A program made the translations under genes and the position numbers. Positions 27,380 to 42,930 of a DNA stretch of 64,000 nt are shown here, piece after piece. Location: assembly GCF_009914755.1 (NCBI RefSeq), contig NC_060925.1. The stretch is one strand, 5' to 3'. The first letter of the stretch is position 1. Every line of letters starts with the position of its first letter. The stretch is from the human T2T-CHM13v2.0 reference genome, Homo sapiens. A model generated the notes under the pieces. It ran no database searches, was not told where the DNA came from, and worked only from the letters and a program-made list of their open reading frames with translations.

Positions 27380-27949
27380 CAAAGAATGTTTTCTTTCGTC
27401 TTTTGAAATAATCCCCCATTCCTTCCTTGGAACGATTAAAATCTGTAGCTGTCTAAATGTGACCCTTATAAGGACTGATCATGCTTTACAACCTCCAAAT
27501 GATAAAAAAAAAAAAAAAAAACAAAACAAGAAAGTAATATCCACCAGATACTTTATGAAATACATATACATGCTATAGTGCTGATTTCCTGAGCAGAATA
27601 GCCCATAGATTCCTACTCTTAAATGGAGATACTGAATTGCATGATCTCTAAAATCTGTGGTAGCATGTGAATTTATAAATTAATGAACTGAAATTGTCAT
27701 CTAACCGCCTTTTCATTTCTGAGTTCACTGCAAGAAATTTCTCAAGTTGTGTAATTTCCTTTCCATATGTTATAAATAGTTTTCAGCCACTGTCAGGCAA
27801 AACATTTCTAGCATCAGGAATAGTTTGGCCTGGCATTTCTGAAAGACGCCAACTAGTATTCGATAGATTTAAAATGAAATCTTATTCTAGTTTTAATTTG
27901 TATTTACAAGATGAATAGTGATTTTGAACTTTCATCGTAGTTCTTCATT

Positions 27950-28870
27950 TGGATACTTTTTTGTCATTTGTGCATCCTTATTATTGATCTGTAAGCGTTT
28001 TTTCCACATTAAGGGTATGGTTTCTTTGTCTGTCACTTGTTAAAGTCATTTACTTTTTTTCAACAATTGACTTTTAAATGTTATTTTTAAATGTAAAAAG
28101 GGGGTTTATTTTTGTTTTAAAATCTAAATGTTTTCAATAATGGCGTCTTCCTTTGCTTTTTATAATTGGGCTTCCTAGCCCAGAATTTGTAACTTACTTA
28201 TATTTTTTCTGTTCATTTTCTGTATTTTTATATTTAATTTTCTGGAAAAAATAAAGTATTAAATATAAAATTTGTAATTTATTTTGACATGTAAAGTGAG
28301 ATAGGGATATATTCCAGTTTTCTTTCTTACTTACAAATTTACTTACAAAATTGCTTTTTTTAGTAAATTTTTAAAATTCTGCTTTTAGCTACCTATCAAC
28401 TAATTCACTCTTTTGTATTAAAATGATTATTATAAGTTCTTCTTTTCTCTTTTCCTTAAATAGATCCTGCACATTTCTTGTTAAGCTATAGTACTTATTA
28501 TATATTTAATTGATATTAAGAATCAGATCATTTTCAGATTTGTTATTGCTGAATTATGGAAAAAATATTTATTTTTATGTATTTATTTATAGCTAACCAT
28601 CTTATTGTACTTCTGTTATTTATAATAGGTTTTGATGGCTTTTTTAGGTATAAACTTATTTTCTGGAAATTTCATCTATTCCTTTTCAACAGCCATAATT
28701 CTTTTTTCTGTCATTACACATGGGTTATATCATCCAGAACAACACTAAATAACAGTGGAGGTGATAAGCATTATTCATTGTCCCTAACTAGTAAAAATTG
28801 ATATCATTTTTAAACCCTTAAGTAAAATGTTTACTCTTGGTTTGTCCACTTATTATTTTTGTCTTAGGTA
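27950..28870 (-). mobile_element. Old L1ME-like fragment
   Basis: cacatttcttgttaag, ccagaacaacactaaataacagtggaggtgata and similar L1M-like tracts. Confidence 0.55.
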
Positions 28871-29254
28871 ACTATGTTTCTAGTTCATTTTTTACATAAT
28901 TTTATTCCTCCTCTTAGCATACACTTCTTGAGTTGCTATTCTGTGAAAGGTAAGTAAAGCTGACTACAATGCATTTTAAATTTTTAGGAAACTTTAGGCT
29001 AAAAGAGGAAGAAAGCAGTCAGGGGATATTATCCAGAAAGAAAACATTTTAGGTGATTGGTAAACCCTGAAGAAATGAAATTTCCAGTGGAAGGATTCAC
29101 CAGTGCAAACACCAATAGCAACCAACACGTCAAATATGAAATGCCACCAGATGCCATAAAAGAACAACTCAGGGCTTCCCTTGAATAGCTTTTTAAACTT
29201 AGCTACAAATATAGAACTATAGGCTTATGTGTATATAAAGTTTTAAGTTAAAAT

Positions 29255-29420
29255 GTATAGATAGATACAGATACATAGATATTAATAGATATCTATGGTG
29301 ATTTAGATGTGTATTTTCATAGATATATATCTATCTGCATATAGATATCTATTTATATCTGTATCCGTATGTATAGAGAGAGCTCTATCTATGTAGATAT
29401 AGGCATCTATGTATCTTTCC
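29255..29420. repeat. Degenerate (TAGA)n/(TCTA)n low-complexity repeat with internal palindromes
   Basis: atagatag... switching to ...tatctatc; atagatatctat palindromes. Confidence 0.8.
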
Positions 29421-29467
29421 ATCCCTCTCCAAATTATCAACCCCAAATTGCCCTTACATACCAAGAT

Positions 29468-29475
29468 ATTTATTT

Positions 29476-29506
<31 letters not shown>

Positions 29507-29803
29507 GTTTGAGACAAGGTCTTTCTCTGTTGTAAGGCTTGAGTGTAGTGGCGTGATCATAGCTCACTGCATCATTGACCTCCTGAACTCAAACAATCCT
29601 CAGCAATTCTCCCACCTCAGCCTCCTGAGTAGCTGGGACTACAAGCATGTGCCATCACACCCAGCTAATTTTTAAAAGACTTTTTTGTAGAAACAGGGTC
29701 TCACCACAGTGCCCAGGCTGGTCTAGAACTCCTGGACTAAGCAATTCTCCCTCTTCAGCTTCCCAAAGTGCTAGGATTACAGGCGTAAGCCATTGTGCTG
29801 GGC
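29468..29803 (-). mobile_element. AluJ with (TTTTG)n tail
   Basis: J diagnostics (gatcatagctcactgc, ctcccacctcagcc, acagggtctcac); small internal duplication near 29590-29610. Confidence 0.9.
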
Positions 29804-32119
29804 ACAAATATATTTATGCAATTGTCAATACAAGATCAAGATTTCTCAAGAAAAAATATATGAAAGTACATTATAAAAAAGACTTTTAAAATCAGTGTAT
29901 TATTAAAAAGTACATTATAAAAATATACTTGAGTTTATTGTAAAAATGCTTCTTATTCAGAATGCTTCTATCAACATCCAATAGTTGTACATTTTCATCC
30001 TCCCTTTATACGTACTGTATTTATTCAATTCCAAACAATTGAATAAATTGAATTTATTCAATTCCAAAATAGATGAAATATATTTCATCTATTACATAAA
30101 TATACCCCACATTGAATTCATTTGGAAAACAATTGTGTCTCAAATTGAAATCATAATAGTCTAAAATATAAATTGAATGCCATTTAATGACATTGAATTA
30201 TGAATTGTAGAAATCTACATAAAGGACTTGCTTGTTTTATAAAGGAAAAGAGAAAATTCAGCATGCATTTTTGTTTTTTTGAAATAATTTCTATTTTACC
30301 TTCATACCTTGTAAAATTTTTAGTATTTTAACAAGTGACTCTAGCAAATAAAGCATTTAAGCTTAGGCTAAAGCAAAATGTTAGTACTAATTGTAGTTAT
30401 AAAAATATTTTTAATACAAATGAATTTTTATCATTACTTACTCTGTGTTTCTATAAAATTAAAAAAATAATAACTTTTTACGTATATTTGTAAAACACAT
30501 TAGTTCTAGTTTCATGTTTTATACCTCAAATAAGATCCAGGTGCATGCATAGATACATGTATATAAATTATATTTCATATTTGTAATTGCACGTTTACAT
30601 ATAATAAACATACAGATACTTCATAAAATTTATATTTATTTTGATAAAAGAAATTTCAAAAATTGATCTTACAATATCTACTAAAATATACTGTATTTTA
30701 TTTTGTAAAACAAGCATTATGGGGGGAAAAATAAAATTCCACTAACTTGAAGCATTAGTAAAATTGCTGAGTGACCTTGACCTTGGAATGATTTCAATGG
30801 TGTCCATGTCAAGCATAATGGTAGAAAGTGTTCAATGACCCAAAAGGACATTAAAGAATTTTACTCTGGGGTTTTACACCAAAGCCCTCTCTAGTAACAA
30901 TCTCAGTGGATCCCAAGCAATTGGACCAATACAATACTTTATGCCAGACTCCTCTGGAAAAAATTAGAGTCCCAGAAATGGAATGAAAGCAAAACTATTT
31001 TTCTTGTTGCACTTTTAAATAATAGACTGTTAACTCACAATGAACTCACAGTCTCCACTCCTGATTCTGACCCTACATTTTGGATACAATATTAGGGTCG
31101 CTTCAGGGTTCTTGTACAGAAGAATCCTGCCTTAAAAAGTAAGGGAATAACAAAATGAAGGTGCTGGCTAATCTAACATTATGACAGAAGGAAAAAAAAA
31201 GCTAACACAGAAAACATCAGACAGGATTAGGAACTTCCTGAAGATCAATACTTGATCACACATCTAATTTTGAGTGTGCTGGAATAGTCACATCATACTC
31301 CACCTCATTTAAACAGAGAAAGGAAAGGAAGGGGGTGCTCCTGAGGGAAGCTGATTTAGCATAACTATGAAAATGACTTAACTCATGGCCATTACCTCTC
31401 TTACCCCAGGCTATTTTATTTTGCTTGTCAGGAGTAGGGCAAGAAGTCTGTTGGCTGCCTAGAATGACACTTTGTCTTTGGTAGCCATGGTTTAGTAAAG
31501 ATCCAGTATTTTACTAAAATGGCATTGTGGAGGCTCTCCACAGACAAAGAACATGTTAATAAAATGAACTAGTGTCCTCCTTCCAGGCCAAGGAATACCT
31601 AAACTATCATTATGGTCAGACTGCAATATTTATCTCCAAATACGTAGTTTGAAAATACTAAGATTCCAATAATGCATGTCAAATGAATGAAAGAATAAAA
31701 TCTCATAACTATTTTAGTAAACCATATAATTATATAATCACTCTTACAGGAAGTAAATCTTTATATATAACTGAGCACATTCTTAATGCAACTTAATTTC
31801 ATTTTCCTTAGTTCACACTGATGTGGGAATTAATAAGTATTAACAGATCTGCATGGTAACAATACACATATTTGAACCTGGTTATTAATTCATTCCTCAT
31901 ACTTTAATCATCAGGACACTAAAATATTAGGCATATTCAATTCAATAGAAGTAAAAACTGTTTAGAAATTAGAGGAATGTTTGCCTTTGTGTAGACACAC
32001 CTATTTATAAACTTTTAAGTGTTTTAGCTAATACAACTATATCTTCCCTCAATTAAATCACTTGCAATATATGAACCACTTTAGAGAAAAAATAGCTTCT
32101 TGGCCCTCACTCTGACCTC

Positions 32120-32283
32120 ATATACACACAGAAACACAGACACACATACACACACAGACACACATATATATATGTATATATATATACACAGATATATATA
32201 TACACACACAGATATATATATGCATGTATACACATATATAGATATATATATGCATGTATACACAGATATATATATGCATGTAT
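32120..32283. repeat. Compound (CA)n/(TA)n/ATGC microsatellite
   Basis: Directly visible alternating purine-pyrimidine tract. Confidence 0.9.
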
Positions 32284-32364
32284 TCCTCCTCCAAAGGAGT
32301 CATTTTGTTAAGATATTTCTTTGGTAAAAGTGAAAAAAAAAGTGTGGGAAGGGGAATTTGATGT

Positions 32365-32605
32365 TTGGCTTAATGATTAAAAAACAAATGCTAGAGCCAA
32401 GCTTTCAAAAACTAGCTTCTGCACTTAATTTATATGTAACTTTGGACAAATCGTTTAACTTTTCTACACCTAATATCCTCCTCTAGAAGTGGGCAACGAG
32501 AGTTTCTTCTTTCACAAGTCTTTTGGGAGGATTAAATGAGTTAAATACATGAAAAGTACTCAGAACTATTTGGCCCTATATAAGTATTAGCTATTATTAT
32601 TAAAA
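32365..32605 (+). mobile_element. MIR
   Basis: gtaactttggacaaatcgtttaac...gaggattaaatgagttaaatacatgaaaagtactcagaac. Confidence 0.8.
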
Positions 32606-34539
32606 TCCGTCCACTGTATTTGTTCTGAGAGACCCTCAATTTGGTATAAATAGCAAAGAGCTATATATTTTAGCACTATTTTTACCCATTACAAAACATA
32701 AAGCTTCTAACTAGAGACACCTTGAATACCTGCAAAGTCCAAGAAAAAAGGGAACCAGCAGCTTGAGCCATCTCAAGGACTTCTCTATGGGAACAGGAGC
32801 CTTAGCATCCTCACCTACACAGTCCAGCTTCTCATAAGCACACAGACCTCTATCACACAGAACCTTAGTTCTGTGTCAAAGTCCAGTAAATCCTTACTCT
32901 ATTCAAGAAATGTATATTGAGTGTCTCCAACAGACAATGCTCATCACTGGAGATACTAATATGGAAAAGACATGATCGCCACTCCAAGAGCTCAGAGTTT
33001 AAAAAGACAATACCTGGTTTCTGTTTTTTATCTTTAGTTAACATGCTTCTTGTTCACTTTCCCAAGATCTAGGCTCTAAACAATTCCTGATCTACAAACT
33101 CTGCTGGGGTAACCCCCTTGCTATGATACCACCCTTTAATATTGAATGCCCAGTTCATCCTGTCAGCCACCCATTAAAGACCTCAACAGGTCCCCTGGAT
33201 TACATCCACAGAAAAAAGCAAGTTTCTCTCCATGTACAGTCTTAAACTCTTGGCTGTGCCCAAACAGAGACTAAACAAAAATGTCTCATTTCTGAACTAG
33301 TGTTTAGAAACTCTGTTATGGCAGCACTAGGACTGAATGCCGCAAGTGTGCACAGCTTCTGAGAAACAAAGGACTGGCTACATTCTAGAAAAGCTGGTTG
33401 TTTCATCACAATACAGAAATTAAAAATCACTAAGCTATTACATGGCAAACACATTCTGTTCCATTTTATTTATTAGGATGGTCTTATATGAACTATTCAA
33501 AAGGCTTATTTTTAAAAAAGGAGTTCTCCCCAACCCCATCACTAAATAGTTCAGTAATCACTAAGTAGCCATTTATTCAATTTTGTAATGGTCTGATTAA
33601 ACAGCTCTCTAGTACACTAAAAACCATAGAGGTGAAATAAAACATTAGAGGTAAATGATTTTACCCACTGATGCATTTTCTCTCTGTTTCTAGGTCCTCC
33701 CTTTTAAAACTAAGTCAAAATCTGGTATATTTCAGTGGAACTGAGTTGTTTAGCTTTGTGAGTATCAGTTGCTACTCTAATATTACAGTATATAATATAA
33801 CATTATATATATGGTATACATAACAATATAACATATAATATAATACTAAATGTAAAGACCAATTATTCAAAGCAATAGGAACTCTATGTTGTTTTAAAGT
33901 TCTACTACAATTTAATTTCACATATATTAATTTTGGTAAAAGATGATGTATTTTAATTAAACGAAATATCCCATATAAATATATTTTTTTATTTTTTTCC
34001 AGGAATTTTGACAAGATAATTAAACAAAATTGAGCATGTATATCATTTCACTGCCTTAACAGAGGCTCTTCTCCTTCCAGACTACCTTCTGAGAATGTTA
34101 GCAAATCTATTGGTCCCACAAATACAGTTGTGATACAAACCATTAACAGTGCCATCTGTTGGTAGCAGGCAATGTTGATATGCTTTCTTTCTATGGTGCA
34201 ATTTCATTCTTATCTATAGACATCCCTAGGTTGAAAGGAGCTTCTCTTCTCCCAGATGGTTATTTCCAAGTGCACAGACATTGATGGGTTTGCTTTTCCT
34301 CCTCAACACCTAGCCAAGAGTCAGGTACTTCGTGGATATTCACTTGTTTTTTTTTATTGAAAAAGAATAAAATCATAAACATTTTTCTAATGTGGATTTA
34401 GAATAAAATAAGTACAAAAAAGCAGATACATATTTTTTTCAGTCATCCAGGATTGCTTAACCTTAAAATGCAAGTTTTGTTTGAGATACTATTAATGACT
34501 CTTGACATTTGACTATAAGATTGAAAAATAAGTCATTTA

Positions 34540-35272
<733 letters not shown>

Positions 35273-36505
35273 TTATATACTTTTACATCCCCAAACATTA
35301 TTGATTATTTCAGTATTTAACATGTCATATTTGATAGTTTTGTTTAAAAAAATGAGTTTTATGGTAGTATTTTATAAAGTATTTGAACATTTATTTAAGA
35401 GGTGAACACAGTGAGAAGAGGGCATAATATGTAACTTCTGAATAAGTAGGAACAAATCCTTTAATTATTTGGCATAGCCAATAATATATATTAGTTTCAA
35501 AACAGAAATGTGTAATGTATTGGTCAAAGATTAGTACAATTTAAAATTGTTTCCAATGTAAGACTAATAATATTATGTTAAAGCTGCTAAAAGGTTAACT
35601 ATGTTAAACTAAAAGGTTGAATGAACTTTCCTTCAGTAATGATAAATTTATGAATAAATGAATAAATATAAAAGTAAAGAACATAACTTATATCCCAAAT
35701 TTTAGACCTAAGGGAAAAATAAAATCACCTTGATTTAAATTTTGCTGGTTTTTTTCTTTTTTTTAAACAGCTAATTTGATACCTGTTTTTATTTTATTTT
35801 TTTGCCACTCTATTATACTCACCACTGGTAAAACAAACAGGACATTTTAGCTTTAATCTTCTTACTACATAACCCAAATAATTTCAGTCATGTTTGCATT
35901 AATGCTGCATTAATCATGTTGTTGCGTATTAATGAGTTTTCAGGCTATGCTAATTACTGTCATAGATTCTGCAGCAGCCCATTAAATATACAAATTACAG
36001 AATTAAAGAGCCAGAGCTCTTCATGATTAATCTCTAAATGGAGAAAAACTAATGATGTCTGTACAAAGTTTCCCTCTACTTTTGGCTGAGTGAGCCCAAT
36101 GAACAATCAGTTAGACTATTTGAGGAATAAGAAACTCACGTATTATACAATTTTATGTAGTGCTTCATTATAACAGTGGATATTGCTTTATATTTCATAA
36201 AAATTCTGCAACCTTTACCTGTCTACTGTCCTAAATATGGGTAACAGTGTTGTTCAATATTGAACATAAATTTGAAATAAGGCAAGTTTGTACTAAATCC
36301 ATTCCAGTGAGGCTCCCAAGTACCAAAAGGGCTTCATTAAAAGCATTTTCATCTAAAAGAAATTGTCACAAAAAGGACCGCAAACACAAAAATCATAATG
36401 AAAATGTAGGGCTGTCACAAGAATGACACCATAATGCTTTGTTAACCTACATAAAGTCTGCAATATATCATGGAGTAAAGCTGTCTAGAATAGCACATCA
36501 GATCT

Positions 36506-37200
36506 GTTATGAAAGGTAGATTTGGATCCAGACATTTTTACCTGGGTGGGTATGGAGTATGACTACCCAGCTGCAAGCACGGGAAAAAAGTATCATTCTT
36601 AATCACATGGGCAGGACATAGGTGTAGCTAGTACTCAAAATGTTTCAGGGATCCAAGAGAGGGACACAGGCTAAAGAAAGAAGGAAGTGGGATAGAGCTG
36701 GAATAGAGACTTGAACTGACAAATAAGCATAACAATAGGTGAAACTTGGAAGGCCAGACAAGCCAGCATAATTTGGCACAAGGGATGTGCATGTAATAGA
36801 AATCTAGAGTCCAAAGATGAGTGCAGGGGATCAACTTTAGTCGAGGGTGCAGCCTGGTAACAGCCAGGCAGCAATACTGGTTTTAGGATACTAGGCAGCT
36901 TTCCAAGAACATAAAGAGAGTCAATCACCAGAACCAAGAGAGAAAATGGGAGTGGTATATGTGGGTCTTGGGAAGGTGCTAGGAGGCTCTTTGAACAAAG
37001 TGTGTACAAAATGGAGGCCAGATTCTTCTGCAAGATTGAGTTTCTGAGAGCCTTAAAGCATAAGTCTGAATCTTCCAGATGAATTCATGACCCAAGGGAC
37101 CAGGGTAGAATGAGCCTAAAGGTAGAGATTAAATGACTCCAGCCCTGGGAAGAAGAAGCTACAGAGTGAGAATCAGAGACTTTCCCATCCTATTGCTATA
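36506..37200. mobile_element. Possible ancient solo LTR (Gypsy/ERVL-like)
   Basis: About 700-bp purine-rich block of higher GC starting tgttatg and ending tgctata; family not recognised with certainty. Confidence 0.3.
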
Positions 37201-40200
37201 TAATTAAACTATAGAAAATTGCTTTTTATCAAGGTCAGATGTACTAGTGTAGTATATCATAATAATCTTGAGTGTGAGAAAAGCCAGAAACTCCAATTTA
37301 TTTGACAGTATAATGACTGAACACTGAAAAGAGAAAGGCAAAAGGAAAAGAGCAAACTTAATGGGTCTCTCACCATGTGACACACACTGAGCTGAATATG
37401 TCATTTTATTTGTTTCTCATGGTTCATTTATGCCAATTATACAGATAAGAAAACTGAGGCTCAGAAAGATTATCCAATACTAGAAAAGTTACACTTACCA
37501 GAAAAGAACTGACTTAAAAAAATCTTTCTTCTTCCTCTGGGTAAATAGCACAGTTGCACAGTTTTGTTAAGCACAGGGACTCAACAATGGTTTGTTGCAG
37601 AAAATACAGAAGGATATTTTTAAAAAGTAGGTAAAGAGTAAGTTGTTGTTTAAACATATTAAGTCTTGTAAAACAAAACAGTTGAAGCATTTGCTGATCA
37701 GGCAATCAATGCATTTGCTGGTCATGTTCATCAGCTAGTTGATTAATGTTATCTATGACATATGTTCGGGTAAACCTATAAGCCTCAGTTTCCTAAGCAT
37801 TTCCAAGAGCTGTTGCAATTGTTATGCCTCTCCAATTTAAAATTCTATTAATAACCAATTATGTATTTACTGGAGTGTTTTCACTGTTTCTGTTTTCAAA
37901 GATGTATTGCTCATAAGCTTTTCCCTTTTTTTCGCATTATTGTAAGCCTTTGAAAACAGGAACAGTTACTATGTTTCCCACATTATTTGTTTTTAGACCA
38001 GTTGCTATAGTTTTATGTACACAATGGAAATTCAATGTTCCTGACTTACACAGCCCAATGCAAAATTATTAGAAAGAACAAGATTCAAACCCAGAAATGT
38101 GTATAATATATATAACACATAGAAAAATAAGAGCTGGAGCTTGGGTAGCCCACCTAAATATAAGTTAAACACCTAAGAAAGTTTTCTTTTTCCTGCTGTT
38201 AGGACATGACTTGTACTGAATAGAACCTAGTCATACATTTTTTTCTTACAGAGAAGTCATACAGTGACCCCATAGCCCTACACTCATCTCCTCTGTTAAT
38301 GACTCTACAGCTATAAACCAGGCTTGACTATGTTCTATAAAGAAGATCCTCTCAATAGACTAGATTTCCTTATCCACAGAAAGGTAAGACATCAATCAGA
38401 GGAGTTCTGCATATTTTTTAGGCTGAATTGCTGATGCTCTGGGTGGTAATTTAAATAGAAACCTTTTGTCGCTTTAGCAGCAATTGTATAAACACAATGT
38501 TGCCCAGGCAGAAAGTAATTAAATTGACAGAGGAAAGAAACATGACTTGAACTGGATAAAATACAAATACATCAAAATTAAAGTCAGTGTAATGAGCTGA
38601 AAACACTGCGAATTCAGACAACAATATATTAGCCAAAGCACAGAAACCCCTCTCAGGCAGTATCAAAGCTGACAGAAAACACAGTAAGTTGGAAATCCTG
38701 CAGCAAGCAAGGAAGCGTATTGATTAGGTACTGCATATACTGAACAAGAGAATAACTTTAAAGGAAAAAAAAAGCTAATGAATGGGCCAGAGAAATACAA
38801 TAGGCCAAAGAAGAGATATAACAAAAAGAAAAAGGCGGAGGGAAACCCCTCCAGATAGAAATACAACAAGACAAAGCAAAAGCTCAGCAAAAACATAGAG
38901 CAATTCAAGTCAGAAACTCAGCAAGAAATGCAAGTCATGGCAGAAATATAAGATCAAGATAAGAACATATTCAACCTTACACCGAGTTTTAAATCAGAAC
39001 AACAAATTCAGCAACAAATCTGCCAAATGCTAATGATTCAAACAAGGAGGCAATAATTGAAAGTAAGAAATACACCACATCTCATCCAGTAATGTTCACA
39101 ATGCCATTTCCCCTAATTATTGCTGATATGGTGACCTTCTCCTGAAGGGACACACCAAAAATTCAGTTTAATTAAGGGTTACCAGTGTAAAGAAGGGTTT
39201 TTCATGTCTCTGTTGTGAGACTGTGGACAGTAACACCTCATTTATCTGGTGTTATTTAGGTAATAAGACATTCTGCATGCATAGATTTCTAGTTAACAGG
39301 TTTATTCTTCACTATTTTAACAATTGTAATAAAAATGACATCAAATATATTACACATTTCCTTGTTTTCTAGAGTATGATGAATGTGCTTTAATCTATCA
39401 GTGATTCAATATGCTTATATAGAACTAACAATTTTTATACGGTCTTGAATGAGAATTACATTTTTAGATCTTGAACCTTAATATCAAAAGGGCTCTACAA
39501 ATGTAAGAATTAGCATATCTATATTTTTCTGAAGTTACTGTCTCTCCTTTTGTTATCATTGAATCAGCTTTTATTTAAACAAGCAAAAAAAAAAAATCCT
39601 CATAGAATCTGTTATCCAGGAAGATCATTAAACGTTACCTAAAACTCAAACAATATGGGACCCCTTCTTCTCCTATCAGTGAATCGCTATTAGCTGTCTT
39701 TTCCCTGCCTCTCGTGCTATAAGGCTCCAATCTGCCATGTTCTAGACATACACTGTTAGTATTTTCTCTAAAGTAAGATGAAATCAGATGCATGCATAAA
39801 GAAAATTAGGGAAACTCTAAAGAGCAAAATGAAGGAGGACCACTACATTGGATAGTGTGGAAGAGTTAGTAGGCGAGCTTTAAACATCAATTTTGATTGT
39901 GCGATGGCCTTTTCACTCAGTAACAAATTTTCCATCATATTTCAAATAGTTTGAGTTGCCATTAAAGTTGCCTCTGGATAAACATCTTTTTATCAGTATT
40001 TTTTTAGTGGTTCCACCTCTTCAATGCTGCAGCAATAAGAAACCAAATTTCAGGACAGATAGATGGGGTGGAAAAAATAACTAGGCTAGAAGTTCTCACG
40101 ACCAACAGACTCAACCCCTGATGTAAATAAATCACTACACATTTCTTGGCCTCCATTTCTTCATCTGGCAAATAAGGGGAAGGACTAGTTGATATCTTCC

Positions 40201-40550
40201 TTAATTCCTTAATTCAATTAGCTGTCTGGCATCATGTAGACATCATCTAAGAACGCCGTAGGTCTTTTATCATTATAAGACAGCTGCCAATTTAAGTGAT
40301 TCAAAGAGCATATGATGTGTTGGGTTAATTTTTGTAACTTTGGAAATTTACATTTCAAAAATGTGTTTTAATGCCTTTTCCCCTTATCAAAGTAGAAATG
40401 CAGTGCAAGAATTAAAAATAGATATCTAAGTCTTAAAAGGGTTCCTTTGATAGTCCTGCTGACTGCTTGGGGTCTCACATGGAAGAGAGTGCCTAAATGC
40501 ACATGAAACAATTGTAGGAGCTCTTCTTCCTGGCAATTAACAGCCGTTGC

Positions 40551-40867
<317 letters not shown>

Positions 40868-42930
40868 GAGTGCTTGCTTTGTGTCAGACATTACTCTAAG
40901 CACATCTATTCAATCTCTATTCTTTATAATAACTATTTTACCCCATTTGTATGTAAAAAGCACCCAAGGCCAGGAGATATTATATCTAACTGAAATAGAA
41001 TAAGGCCACAAAAACCAAGGCTCCTAATTTTTGCAATAATAATAATAATAATAAAAGCCACGTAACATTAATAATATATTTGATCCATGATTGTTTTACC
41101 AAATTTGATTAAATAGATTTAAAGTTGAAGCCTTCATTCCAAGCAGTATTTCACTGGACCAATCAATGGGGATACTTAATGTTTAAGATAATATTGTTTC
41201 TATTGTATTGTTTCAAAGAAATATGGAAAATGCTATTCATGATAATGTGGTTAGCTGGAATAAGTTCTACTTCTATAATGTATGTTTGATAAAGATGATT
41301 CCATAGAAATTTATCACTCTTACTATGCCAATGTTTACAAATAGCACTGCAAAGAAGTAAGCGCAAAGCTTTCGGATACAACTATCTTAGCTATGGATAG
41401 AGGTCTTCAGGGAGACAGTTTGCATTAAAATATATTTCAAATGCTGGAGTCTCTTAACAGTCCAAGTTGTTACTTTCTGAGAAGTTTTGGAAGTCACAGC
41501 ATTGCACTAATAGTATATGCCAAAGCAATATACAAGTAGGAGTAAAATGAGGAAAAAAATGTAAGCTATGCTCAAGTTCTTTTTAACGGCATTAGAATTG
41601 ACAATGGCCAAACTCTTTCATAAATGTACTCATTGATGACTGAGATACAGAGGAATGGTGTTTCCTTTCATGGAAGTCAGTAGAGAGTAGACAGCAATAT
41701 CCTTGGCACCCCTTTAGAATATATTTTCTGAAAGTGAGTTTGAAAGTAAAGGTCACACAATATTGAATCATATATATGTATCCATCGAGATGTCTATTAT
41801 TGGATCCACTTCCTCTGTCATGGCCAGCTTTGGCAATGCTTTCTCTTCTTTATTTGATTTGTTTCAGGAGAAAACTCTCAGGGCAATGTTACCACCTCTA
41901 TTGCTGGCGTTTATACAGAGACCTTGCTAATATCCATCTGTGCTGCATGCCATTTACAAAATAATAAAGTGTAATTCTGGAAAATTACCCAAATGATAAA
42001 TCATTTCACAATGCAAAAGTAAAAGAGAGAATTCACACAAAGAATTTGTGAGCCTAAAAATCAATGAGTGAAGAGTAAGTTTCAAAGGATTCAAATTAAA
42101 TGCTGTTGTAGCAAAACTGTCAATTATCCCGCATTCTTTTATTAATTTTGCTTTTATTTGTAGAATGGCCTTTCCTTGGAGCCATTATAAAGCATCAGTA
42201 TGGCAGAAGAATCATTGGAAAATAACTGCCAACCAGATTTGCTATCTGTATTCTAAGTAAAAGATGCTGATTAGAAGTCAGATGTAGCTCAGGATGAGTA
42301 ACATCAGGGATTCTGGAAACTTTTTGAGAATTTCACTGCAAACTAGAAATGAGATGGGATGTTTAATTTGCTAACTTTGGAGCCAAGAATTTGAAGAGCA
42401 TACTGTATAGAATCTGATGCACTGACTTTTATGAGGAAAATGTAGATATTATTAGGGTAGAAACTGTTGCCTTGCAATTTAAAAAATTACAATTGTATTC
42501 TTCACTTGTCTTGTTCAGATAATATTATATAGTTAAAAGTTGATTGAAAATTTATGTATGCCCAACATTACATTTGATGCTTTTTCATCTAACTTATTTG
42601 CTACTAAAAACAATGTGTAATTTAGATGCACTTTCCTTATTTTAAAGAGTAACGCAATGAGGCTTAGAGTGTTTGATTCTGAAGGTATAAAGTATGGATT
42701 TGAATTCACGTATTTTGACCCAAGTTCAGTGCTTTTGTTTTTGCTGCAAGACAACTGGTTACCAAAAAAAGTACTATTTTGAGATTAAGCTTTCAAATTA
42801 TAATGCCTTTCATATGATTACCCTGAGCAAACATAGACAAGATCCCATTTAAAACCAAATTAAATGGAAAATCTCTTCCTATCTATCCTCGAAGACTTCC
42901 AAACTGTATTCTTTTTCTCGTCAAGTTAAC

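Noticed and set aside
29863-29923. Short local duplications (aaagtacattataaaaa x2; similar at 8225-8260, 10661-10693, 28326-28352)
   Set aside because: Ordinary slippage micro-duplications in AT-rich DNA with no sign of function.
32081-32327. ORFs rich in Y/I/C/V/H/T
   Set aside because: Translations of (CA)/(TA) microsatellites.
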